DNA of 64,000 nt, from NCBI GenBank assembly GCA_011523305.1, contig WTHB01000162.1:25260-89259 (forward strand), read 5' to 3'. Every line of letters begins with the position of its first letter. The stretch's first letter is position 1. The DNA is from Planctomycetaceae bacterium (lineage in GTDB: Bacteria > Planctomycetota > Planctomycetia > Pirellulales > UBA1268). Shown here piece by piece: positions 30,600-39,187 of the stretch. Below the pieces are notes generated by a model. It was not told the DNA's origin. It was given only the letters and a program-made list of their open reading frames with translations, and searched no databases. A program made the translations under genes and the position numbers.

Positions 30600-31352
30600 A
30601 TGACGGACCAACCAACTTTCCCGAATGAGACAGATGAATACCGCCCGGTCAGCATGTTGGCGATCTTTGCCCTGGTGGCTGGCTGTGGGTCGGCCCTCGC
30701 TTTGATCACGCAGATGCTCTGGGGCCTGCCGGTACTGGCAGTTGGCCTTGCGGTAGCTGGCATTCGTGACACAGCCGCTGGTGACAACCGGAAGGCGGGC
30801 CGTGGGCTTGCGCTCGTGGGCTTAGCGTTCGCGGTTGGATTCGGCTGTCAGGCGGTTAGCACGACTGCCGGTCAGTACTGGATTGGTCAGCAACGCGCGG
30901 TCGAAACAGTGTCTCGCTGGCAAGACACAATCGGCCGGGAGGATTGGCTGACAGCCCGTGAGTTCTGTACTCCATCGGCACTGCCCTCCGAGAATCCTTA
31001 TCGCGGTCGAGAAGAGGAGCACGCTGGGCACAGTCATGATCACCACGATCACACTCATGACACGGAGCAGGCTGCCGAGGCACCAGCGGTACAGGCCTTC
31101 CGTGACCTACCGGTGGTGCGAGCGATCAGTAAACACGGCCCGGCGACGGTGACTGACTGCCGCTGGGATCGTGACCAGGCTGGTGGCTGCTGGCGGGTCG
31201 GTTTGGCTTTTTCCGATGCCAAACCGGCAACCATGGCGGCTTGGCTCTACCCGGAAACCAAGGACGTGCCGCGGCTGACCCCAACATCGACTGGTGTTGA
31301 GAAGGTCGAACTCTGGCGAATCATCCAGCTGGAGCCCAGCGGCACAGAATGA
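30600..31352 (+). CDS. Membrane protein, DUF4190-like N-terminus, His-rich insert
   Basis: YRPVSMLAIFALV...GRGLALVGL pattern; EEHAGHSHDHHDHTHD. Confidence 0.65.
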   Translation: MTDQPTFPNETDEYRPVSMLAIFALVAGCGSALALITQMLWGLPVLAVGLAVAGIRDTAAGDNRKAGRGLALVGLAFAVGFGCQAVSTTAGQYWIGQQRAVETVSRWQDTIGREDWLTAREFCTPSALPSENPYRGREEEHAGHSHDHHDHTHDTEQAAEAPAVQAFRDLPVVRAISKHGPATVTDCRWDRDQAGGCWRVGLAFSDAKPATMAAWLYPETKDVPRLTPTSTGVEKVELWRIIQLEPSGTE

Positions 31353-31397
31353 TGCCTTGTCAGCAGTGGGCTGCGACAGCCTGCACGTGGCTGTCAG

Positions 31398-32345
31398 TCA
31401 GGCGGTGTCAGAGTTAAAGCCGCGGACGGCATCAATCGATTGTGCGTTGCTTGCCAGCATCACCAGCCGATCGAAGCCTAGGGCGGCACCGACGCCGGCG
31501 GGCATCGTCTCGCCGTGAGCATTCAGCAGCCGCTCAGGCAGGGGCAACACCCGGCGGCCCTGCGATTGCCGTAGCTGGTTCGTGGCGAGCAACCGCTCCC
31601 GCAGGATGATCGCTGAGGGCTCTTCCTCCCAGCCGTTGGCCAGTTCGACGCCCTTGGAAAACACCTCGAACCGGCGGGCCTGACTCGGGTCGCGCGGGTC
31701 GAGTCGCCCGAAAGCTGCCTCGGTTGCCGGCCAGGCTTCGAGCATGACGGGGCGGTCGAGTCCCAATCGCGGGCTGACAACCTCCGAAAGCAGAAGATCG
31801 AAGGCAAGGCTGCGGCGTTCGGTGGCGGGCAGAGCCGCGGTTCCTTCCGGCGGCACCAGCCCCGCCTCGGTCGCTGCAGTTAGCAGTTCGTCCGCAGTCG
31901 CCGTGAGGGGATCGACGTCAGCGTATTGACCGAAGGCATCCCGGCACGAGATCCGATCAAGCCCTGTTGTCCCGAGGGTGTGGCGAAGCAGGTCACTCAC
32001 CAGTTCGGCGGTATTCTCGAGGCTGGCCCCGGGCTGGTACCACTCAAGCATGATGAACTCGGTGTCGTGCCGCGGACTTCGCTCTTCGGCTCGGAAACAG
32101 TGCGAGAACTGATAGATCGGGCCAGAGGATTGGGCAAGCAGCCGCTTCATCAGGGCCTCGGGGCTCGTCTGGAGATAGCGGGTGCCCAGACCGTCGGTGA
32201 GCGAAACAGGCTCAATGTACGGCTCTGGAATGATCTCCCGTGAGAGCACTGGCGTGTCGACTTCGACAAATCCACGGCCCTCAAAGCAAGCACGAACGGC
32301 GGTCCGAACCGCCGCGCGGTGTTCAAGCAGCGGACGAACCGACAT
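31398..32345 (-). CDS. epmA: EF-P lysine aminoacylase EpmA/GenX
   Basis: LysRS catalytic domain only: YLQTSPEALMKRLL, FRAEE, HDTEF, ELANG, GAALGFDRL. Confidence 0.92.
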   Translation of the reverse strand: MSVRPLLEHRAAVRTAVRACFEGRGFVEVDTPVLSREIIPEPYIEPVSLTDGLGTRYLQTSPEALMKRLLAQSSGPIYQFSHCFRAEERSPRHDTEFIMLEWYQPGASLENTAELVSDLLRHTLGTTGLDRISCRDAFGQYADVDPLTATADELLTAATEAGLVPPEGTAALPATERRSLAFDLLLSEVVSPRLGLDRPVMLEAWPATEAAFGRLDPRDPSQARRFEVFSKGVELANGWEEEPSAIILRERLLATNQLRQSQGRRVLPLPERLLNAHGETMPAGVGAALGFDRLVMLASNAQSIDAVRGFNSDTA

Positions 32346-32380
32346 CGTGGCTTCCGTTCTAGATTTGGGAGAGGTGCAGC

Positions 32381-32851
32381 TTACGGTGTCGCCGGTACCG
32401 GCTGCTTCGCGGCAAGTTTTTCCGCACGCTCGCGATAGATCAGCACTGGACAGGGGGCGTGACGAACCACCGATTCGGCCACACTGCCCATCAGCAACCG
32501 GCTGACACCGGTCCGACCGTGGGTGCCCATGACGACCAGTTCGGCCTGCTCCGCCTCGGCGACGTTGACGATCTCAGCGGCTGGATCGCCCATCACCAGG
32601 CGATGGACGAAGGGCACCGCGGAGTCACTGGGGCGGACATCCTCAAGCATCTGCAGGATCCGCTCAGAGCTGGGCTCGGGCAGCCCGTAATAGAGTTCAC
32701 CACCACCGTAGGCGAGCGGTGGCTCCTCCACGTGGAGGATGAGAAGTTTTGCGTCTGACTGCCGTGCGAGGGCTTCAGCATGGCACAACGCCGCATCGCT
32801 GGCCGTCGAGAAGTCGGTTGGAAAGAGAATGGTCTTGGTACTCATGGCCAT
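32381..32851 (-). CDS. Universal stress protein
   Basis: ILFPTDFS, GDPAAEI and VMGTHGRTGVSRLLMGSVAESVVRHAPCPVL. Confidence 0.95.
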   Translation of the reverse strand: MAMSTKTILFPTDFSTASDAALCHAEALARQSDAKLLILHVEEPPLAYGGGELYYGLPEPSSERILQMLEDVRPSDSAVPFVHRLVMGDPAAEIVNVAEAEQAELVVMGTHGRTGVSRLLMGSVAESVVRHAPCPVLIYRERAEKLAAKQPVPATP

Positions 32852-32904
32852 CGGCTCCTTTCAGCATTGGGGCCCCCGAAGTTCACTGGACCAATTCTAC
32901 GACC

Positions 32905-35001
32905 TCATCCCAGTCGCATGCCTGGCAGGGCACCGCTGTCGGGTGAAAGCAGGTAGACACCTTCGGCACCTGCCCCACTGGCGGCAACCACCATGCCCTC
33001 ACTGAGTCCAAACTTCATCTGACGGGGAGCCAGGTTGGCGACCACCACCACCAGCCGACCAACGAGATCGGCTGGCTGATGGAACTTCTTGATGCCAGCA
33101 AACACGGTGCGGCGCTCGTCTCCACCGAGGGAGACGGTGAGTTTGAGGAGCTTGCGGGCCTCGGGGACCTCTTCGGCCGCGACGATGCGAGCCACCCGCA
33201 GGTCAACCTTGGCGAAGTCATCAATGGTGCAGGTTTCCGCCACGGGCTCAGCAGCCAAGGGCTCGGCTGGATCGGCGGGTAGGCTCTCGGTAGGGGCGTC
33301 GGTCATGGCATCTCCTGAAGGGGGTGATGGGGAAGGAGGGGCGTCGGCAGCGGCCGCTGCCAGCAGGGCATCGATCTGGGACGGTTCAATGCGACGCATC
33401 AGAGGGCGGAAAGCGGCCACCGGCAGGCCGGTCAGGGGTGTCTGGGAGTCATCCCAGTGTTTGATGGTGCCACCAACCAGTTCGGCAACGTCGTCAGCTA
33501 ACTGGGGCAGGACTGGGGTCAGGTAGACCACCAATTGCCGGAACAGATTGAGGGCAACGGTTGCGACCTCCTGCAGACGACCGGCAGCAGCCGGCCCTTC
33601 TTTGGCGAGTCTCCAGGGCTGCTCGCTGTCAACATAGAGGTTGGCCCGATCGGCTGCCTGCATGATGAGCCGCATGGCCCGAGCGAAGTCGCAGGCCTCG
33701 TAGGCTGCCGCAATGGCGGTGCCGTCTGCTGCCGCCTGCGCGAACAGGCCGCCGTCGGCGGGATAGTCAACTGTCAGGCCGGTCTCGGCCAGCCAGCGGG
33801 CGGTGCGGCTGGCGAGGTTGACCACCTTGCCGACGAGGTCGGCGTTTACCCTGGTGGTGAATTCTTCAAGGTTGAGGTCGAGGTCATCAATGCCGCCCGA
33901 GAGTTTGGCGGCGTAGTAGTACCGTAGAGCGGCTGGATCGAGGTGGTCGAGGTAACTGCGGGCCAGTAGGAAGGTGCCGCGGCTCTTCGACATCTTCTGG
34001 CCGTTGACCGTGAGGAAGCCATGGACACGAACCTTCGTCGGCAGGCTCATCTCGGCCACTTTGAGCATGGCTGGCCAGAACAGGGTGTGAAAGTAGGTGA
34101 TGTCCTTGCCGATGAAGTGGTGGATTTCAGCCGGTGGTTGATTGGCCGTGCCAGCAGACCACCAGTCCGAAAACGAACCGCCCTGCTGACTCGCCCACTC
34201 TTCGGTGGCGGCGATGTAGCCGATCGGTGCGTCGAACCAGACGTACCAGTAGTGGCCCGGCGCGTCAGGAATCTCAAAACCGAAATAGGGGGCCGGGCGG
34301 GAGATGTCCCAGTCGCGAAGCGGGTCACCGAGAAAGTGCCCCGCCAGATAGTTGGCGATTCGTGGATCGAGAGCCCCGGAGTCTTGGGTCCATTCGCGGA
34401 GGAATGGCCGGAGGGCCTCAAGACCTACAAACAGATGTTCCGCCGAGCGGATTTCTGGTGGCGTGCCGGACAGGGTGCTGACCGGGTTGAGCAGTTCTGC
34501 CGGTGAGTAGGTTGCTCCGCAGGCTTCGCAGGAATCACCGTACTGATCGGCGGCCTGGCACCGGGGGCAGCCTCCGCGAACAAACCGGTCGGCCAGAAAC
34601 ACGCCGGCAGTTGGGTCGAACAGTTGCTGCACCTCGCGGCGTTCAATCAGACCATGTGCCCGCAGGGCGTTCCAAACCTGATGACAGAGGACCCGGTTGG
34701 CGGGACTGTCGGTTGAGCCGTAGTGGTCGAAGTGGATCTGAAAGCCACTGAAGTCGGCGAGGTGGGCCGCCTGCATTGCCGCAATCAGGTCCTGCTCGGA
34801 ACGGCCTTCCGACCGAGCTCGGATCATGATGGCGGTGCCGTGCGTGTCGTCCGCGCAAAGATAGATGGCCTGGTGGCCGCGGAGCCGCTGAAACCGGGCG
34901 AAGATATCGGTCTGGATGTACTCGACCAGATGCCCGAGATGAATGTGCCCGTTGGCGTAGGGAAGGGCCGAGGTGATCAGAATCCGGCGGGAGTCGGGCA
35001 T
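32905..35001 (-). CDS. metG: Methionine--tRNA ligase with C-terminal tRNA-binding domain
   Basis: [20 protein letters not shown] knuckle, WDISR, KMSKS; C-terminal DFAKVDLRV...NLAPR. Confidence 0.98.
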   Translation of the reverse strand: MPDSRRILITSALPYANGHIHLGHLVEYIQTDIFARFQRLRGHQAIYLCADDTHGTAIMIRARSEGRSEQDLIAAMQAAHLADFSGFQIHFDHYGSTDSPANRVLCHQVWNALRAHGLIERREVQQLFDPTAGVFLADRFVRGGCPRCQAADQYGDSCEACGATYSPAELLNPVSTLSGTPPEIRSAEHLFVGLEALRPFLREWTQDSGALDPRIANYLAGHFLGDPLRDWDISRPAPYFGFEIPDAPGHYWYVWFDAPIGYIAATEEWASQQGGSFSDWWSAGTANQPPAEIHHFIGKDITYFHTLFWPAMLKVAEMSLPTKVRVHGFLTVNGQKMSKSRGTFLLARSYLDHLDPAALRYYYAAKLSGGIDDLDLNLEEFTTRVNADLVGKVVNLASRTARWLAETGLTVDYPADGGLFAQAAADGTAIAAAYEACDFARAMRLIMQAADRANLYVDSEQPWRLAKEGPAAAGRLQEVATVALNLFRQLVVYLTPVLPQLADDVAELVGGTIKHWDDSQTPLTGLPVAAFRPLMRRIEPSQIDALLAAAAADAPPSPSPPSGDAMTDAPTESLPADPAEPLAAEPVAETCTIDDFAKVDLRVARIVAAEEVPEARKLLKLTVSLGGDERRTVFAGIKKFHQPADLVGRLVVVVANLAPRQMKFGLSEGMVVAASGAGAEGVYLLSPDSGALPGMRLG

Positions 35002-35409
35002 GAGGCTCTCGAGCAGGGGGGCGGTGGTCGCCTGCGGCGGCTGCGGAAAACCGGCTCGCCCGAGGGGGGCAGCGAGTGGCGTGCCCGCCGATTGTAGAAG
35101 CGACGGGGCCTTGGGGGGAAGGCGTGAACCGGGATGCAGGCCCCTTGCACTCTCGTCAGCCAGCAACGCTCCGGCAGACGCGGGTGTCGCCCTCTTGCCC
35201 TGTTTACCCGTCATCCCTCAATGACTGATGGTGTTGAAAAATGCTCTTGTTCCCCCCCGCGTGCCACCGGCACTATCCCGACGCCCGTGTGTGGAAGGTC
35301 CTGGTGGCTGGTTTGTGTGGCAAGGAGGCCACCATCAACCACAGGCATGTCGCACCGACAGAGGAGACCGCTCACCCCTGGTGGGGTTGCAGCATCGATG
35401 GAGTCACGG

Positions 35410-37080
35410 ATGACGCGAGCCTGTAGCTATCGTTTTGTTGTCGCCGCTATTTGTCTCACCTGGCTACCGCTAGCGGCCACGTTTGCCCAGCAGGCTTCGC
35501 CCGCAGCGGCTGCCGCCAGTGGTGACGTGGTCCTGCTCGACTTCTCGGCGGACTGGTGTGGTCCCTGCCGCCAGATGGCCCCGTTGATCGGTGAGATCGG
35601 CGCTGCCGGCTGGCTCGTTCGGCATGTCGATGTCGATCATGAGCATGATCTTGTCCAGCGATTCAATGTGACGGGTGTGCCCTGCTATATCCTCCTGGTG
35701 AAGGGGCATGAGGTCGGCCGGATCGACGGTGCCACCACACGGAATGAACTCGAAGCGTTGTTGGCGAAAAGCCGTCAGCCTTTGGGCCTGCCCGCGTTGC
35801 CGGCAGCTGTCGAGGTGGCGGCTGCCCAGCAGATTCCAGGCATGCCGGTACCAACTCAGCAGGCTGCGGCGCCGCTCCTGACCCAGCCGGCTGGTCAGCC
35901 GACCCGGCAGCCCCCGGCGACCCTGGCTGGCCCGGTGGGTGGCAGCCCTGCCGCCCGCCCGCTTGAACGTCCCCTGCGTCAACGCGGTCAGCCCCAGACT
36001 CGCCGGCCGGTCCCACCCCCGCCGACGCTGGCTGCCGAAACCGAAGCCAGCCTCCGGCAGCGACTGCTGCAGGCAACCGCCCGCCTGCGGGTGCAGGATC
36101 CACAAGGTGCATCCTGGGGAACCGGCACGGTCATTGACTGTCGGCAGGGGGAGGCGCTGATTCTTACCTGCGGGCACATCTTCCGTGACTCAGACGGGAA
36201 GGGCACTATCGAAGTTGATCTGTTCGGTGCTCCGGATGCGGGGCGGCTGGCCGGTCAGATGGTTGCCTACGATCTCGATCGCGATCTCGCCCTGGTCAGT
36301 GTCTTCACCGAGCTGTCACTTGACGCGGTGCCCATCGGGGGCGTTGGTCGGACTCGTGAGGTGGGCGAGGGTGTGGTCACCATCGGCTGTGATGGAGGCC
36401 GGGATCCGACGATGCACATCAGCCGGGTCACGTCGGTCGATAAGTATCTGGGGCCAGCCAACGTGCAGGTGGCGGGGCAGCCGGTCCAGGGCCGCAGTGG
36501 CGGTGGGCTGTTCGCCCTTGACGGCACGCTGCTGGGTGTATGTAACGCTGCTGACCCGGAGGACAACGAGGGCCTGTTCGCCGCACTCCCCTCGATTCAT
36601 GAACATCTCGATGAGGCTGGGCTGGCCTTTGTCTACCGGCACGTCTACCCCGGGGCCGGTACCGAACTCGCTGGCACCAATGATGGCCAAACCGTGCCCC
36701 ATTTGCCGGATGCGATGCCACCGTTCTCACTCGATCGCCGGGATCGTTCCGATGCCGTGCCGACCGCCTCGCCAGGGCCACTGCCTCAGGCAGCCGGAGT
36801 CGCCCCGCCGCCGCTGGCTCAAGGCCAGCCAATGCCCGAGCCACTGCCGCCGATGGCTGCCGAGGCGTCGATCGAGGCATCGCCAGACCTATCCGCCGGC
36901 GAGCAGGCCCTGCTTGACCATGTGCGGCAGCACGGAGGCAACGCCGAGGTGATCTGTATTGTGCGGCCGCATGGCGCCCGTCAGTCGGCCAGTGAAGTCT
37001 TCATGCTGCAGGCAGCCAGCCCTGGGTTCAGGGACCGGCTCTCCGAGGCCCACCGCCCCGATCAGCCCCGGCGTCAATGA
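35410..37080 (+). CDS. Exported thioredoxin + trypsin-like serine protease fusion
   Basis: Signal peptide; WCGPC; Pro-rich linker; LTCGH, RDLAL and QGRSGGGLF catalytic triad motifs. Confidence 0.88.
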   Translation: MTRACSYRFVVAAICLTWLPLAATFAQQASPAAAAASGDVVLLDFSADWCGPCRQMAPLIGEIGAAGWLVRHVDVDHEHDLVQRFNVTGVPCYILLVKGHEVGRIDGATTRNELEALLAKSRQPLGLPALPAAVEVAAAQQIPGMPVPTQQAAAPLLTQPAGQPTRQPPATLAGPVGGSPAARPLERPLRQRGQPQTRRPVPPPPTLAAETEASLRQRLLQATARLRVQDPQGASWGTGTVIDCRQGEALILTCGHIFRDSDGKGTIEVDLFGAPDAGRLAGQMVAYDLDRDLALVSVFTELSLDAVPIGGVGRTREVGEGVVTIGCDGGRDPTMHISRVTSVDKYLGPANVQVAGQPVQGRSGGGLFALDGTLLGVCNAADPEDNEGLFAALPSIHEHLDEAGLAFVYRHVYPGAGTELAGTNDGQTVPHLPDAMPPFSLDRRDRSDAVPTASPGPLPQAAGVAPPPLAQGQPMPEPLPPMAAEASIEASPDLSAGEQALLDHVRQHGGNAEVICIVRPHGARQSASEVFMLQAASPGFRDRLSEAHRPDQPRRQ

Positions 37081-37111
37081 ACGCAGGGATGTGTCGGGCC
37101 TCACTTATGTC

Positions 37112-37750
37112 ATGCAGCAGATCCTGATCCGCCACGGAGAAAGCCTTTCCAACCAGGAAGGCCGCGTGCAGGGCCAGGCCGATATCGACCTGTCCGATGC
37201 TGGTCGGCGACAGGCTGAGGCCGTCGCAGCCTGGTGTCGGGAGCAACCCTGGGTCGCCGACGGCTGTGAACTCTGGTCAAGTCCGCTGCGGCGGGCCCGC
37301 GAGACGGCGGCTGCTATTGCCGCGGCGACCGGGCTGTCGGTGCAGGTGGCGGACGATCTACGGGAACTTCATGCCGGTGTCTTTCAGGGGCATCTGTGGG
37401 ACGATCTTGCGGAACAGTTTCCAGAGGCGGTGGCCCGGTGGAAGTCGGGTGACATCGATTTCCAGATTCCCGGTGGTGAGTCTCGGCGACAACTGGCCGA
37501 ACGAGGGCAGCAGGTGCTCCGCTCATTGGCCAGTCGTTCTGCTTCGCGAATGATTGTGGTGGCCCACGGTGGCATCCTGACTGCGGCACTTGGTTTGCTG
37601 GTTGGCCGCAGCCATCCCCTGCTGGCCGATGCCTGCGAGCGGCCCTTCACGCGCCTGCCAGCACTTGCCAACTGCTCGGTCTCTGAACTGGTCTGGCCGG
37701 GGCCAGAACTGGTGCGGTTCAACGAAACCGGTCATCTGCCGCTGGGCTAG
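37112..37750 (+). CDS. Histidine phosphatase family protein
   Basis: LIRHGES, SSPLRRARETA, LRE, GGES and VAHGG. Confidence 0.93.
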   Translation: MQQILIRHGESLSNQEGRVQGQADIDLSDAGRRQAEAVAAWCREQPWVADGCELWSSPLRRARETAAAIAAATGLSVQVADDLRELHAGVFQGHLWDDLAEQFPEAVARWKSGDIDFQIPGGESRRQLAERGQQVLRSLASRSASRMIVVAHGGILTAALGLLVGRSHPLLADACERPFTRLPALANCSVSELVWPGPELVRFNETGHLPLG

Positions 37751-37922
37751 TGCGGGAGCAGGCAGGTGGCTTCCCCCGCGACGGTCAAACCGGCCACGGG
37801 CTCGCTTTTGACGCATGGAATGTGTGGGGCGTAGAACAAGTTGGTTGGAGGCGTTTTCCTCCTGTTCTGTTGGTGGCACCAGAGGGGTGTCGCCGGAAAG
37901 TCAAGTGCTGGTGACGAAGGCC

Positions 37923-38891
37923 ATGACCGGAAACCAGACCTGCAACCTGTTGCGCACCCTGCTGCGAGCCAGTTGGATCGGGGGGCTCTCCGGGGCCCTG
38001 GGTCTGGCGGCACTTACTGCCGTGGCGGAACCGGCCGCGTTCTCCGGCGAGCGGGCCCTCGCCCACCTCAACGCCATTTGCGAACTCGGGGCTCGGCCGA
38101 GTGGATCGGCAGCGATGGAGCAGCAGCGACAGATCCTCATCCCTCACTTTCAGCAGGCGGGAGGAAAAGTTTTTCGGCAGGCCTTTCGCAGCCGTGACAG
38201 TCGCACCGGGGACTGGGTGCGGATGGAAAACCTGATTGTCCATTGGCATCCTGAGCGGACTGACCGGGTGCTTCTTGGCGTGCACTACGACACCCGTCCC
38301 TATCCGGATCGTGATCGGCGGGATCCGCGAGGGGTGTTCGTCGGGGCCAACGATGGTGCCAGTGGGGTGGCAGTGTTGATGGAACTGGCGCACGCCATGC
38401 CGTCCCTGGCCGGTTCGGTTGGTGTCGACTTCGTGCTGTTCGATGCCGAGGAGTACGTCTTTGATGACGCCCGAGACGCCTACTGTCTGGGGTCCTTGTT
38501 CTTTGCCCGACAGTATGCTGCCGGCCGCCGTGCGGGAACGCTCGCCCATCACTATCGGTGTGGAGTGATCCTCGACATGGTGGCCGACCGCGATCTGACG
38601 ATCTGGCAGGAGCAGCAGAGTGTTGCCTGGCCTGAGACGCGTCCGGTGGTCGAGGCAATCTGGGCGACCGCGAAGCGGCTTGGCGTGAAGCAGTTTGTGC
38701 CACGACCCAAGTACGAGATCAACGATGACCATGTGCCGCTGCGAATGACTGGCGGCATTCCCACCTGCGACATCATCGACTTTGACTATCCGCACTGGCA
38801 TACCACCCGCGATCGTCCCGCCGCCTGTTCGGCTGAGTCTCTCGACGCCGTGGGCCGGGTGATGCTGGCCTGGCTTCAAACTCTTCAGTGA
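37923..38891 (+). CDS. M28 family metallo-enzyme, glutaminyl-peptide cyclotransferase-like
   Basis: GVHYDTRP, GANDGASG, FDAEE, LDMV, INDDHVP and WHTTRD; signal-like N-terminus. Confidence 0.85.
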   Translation: MTGNQTCNLLRTLLRASWIGGLSGALGLAALTAVAEPAAFSGERALAHLNAICELGARPSGSAAMEQQRQILIPHFQQAGGKVFRQAFRSRDSRTGDWVRMENLIVHWHPERTDRVLLGVHYDTRPYPDRDRRDPRGVFVGANDGASGVAVLMELAHAMPSLAGSVGVDFVLFDAEEYVFDDARDAYCLGSLFFARQYAAGRRAGTLAHHYRCGVILDMVADRDLTIWQEQQSVAWPETRPVVEAIWATAKRLGVKQFVPRPKYEINDDHVPLRMTGGIPTCDIIDFDYPHWHTTRDRPAACSAESLDAVGRVMLAWLQTLQ

Positions 38892-39187
38892 ATCATCCCG
38901 GCGGCACCCGTCCCATGCAGCCTGCCTCTCCCCCTGAACCGGTCCGACTCGTTGTGCCCGATCTCGGGCTCGGCGGTTTGCGGATGGTGTTGTCACTCTG
39001 GCTCATTCCCCAGGGGCGGCGGGTGCTGGAGGGAGATCGCGTGGTCGAACTGGCCGCTGGTGGTGTGACCGTCGATCTGCCGGCTCCAGTTGCAGGTCGC
39101 TGTCTGCGGCAACTGGTTGATGAGGATGCGGACGTGGTGCCTGGCATGGTGCTGGCTGAGTTTCTGGCCGAGGACGAGCCCTCATGA
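38888..39187 (+). CDS. Stand-alone biotin/lipoyl-attachment-fold protein lacking the acceptor Lys
   Basis: VPDLG...WLIPQGRRVLEGDRVVELAAGGVTVDLPAPVAG...VDEDADVVPGMVLA; the protein contains no Lys. Overlaps both neighbours by 4 nt. Start may be 38915. Confidence 0.85.
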   Translation: MNHPGGTRPMQPASPPEPVRLVVPDLGLGGLRMVLSLWLIPQGRRVLEGDRVVELAAGGVTVDLPAPVAGRCLRQLVDEDADVVPGMVLAEFLAEDEPS

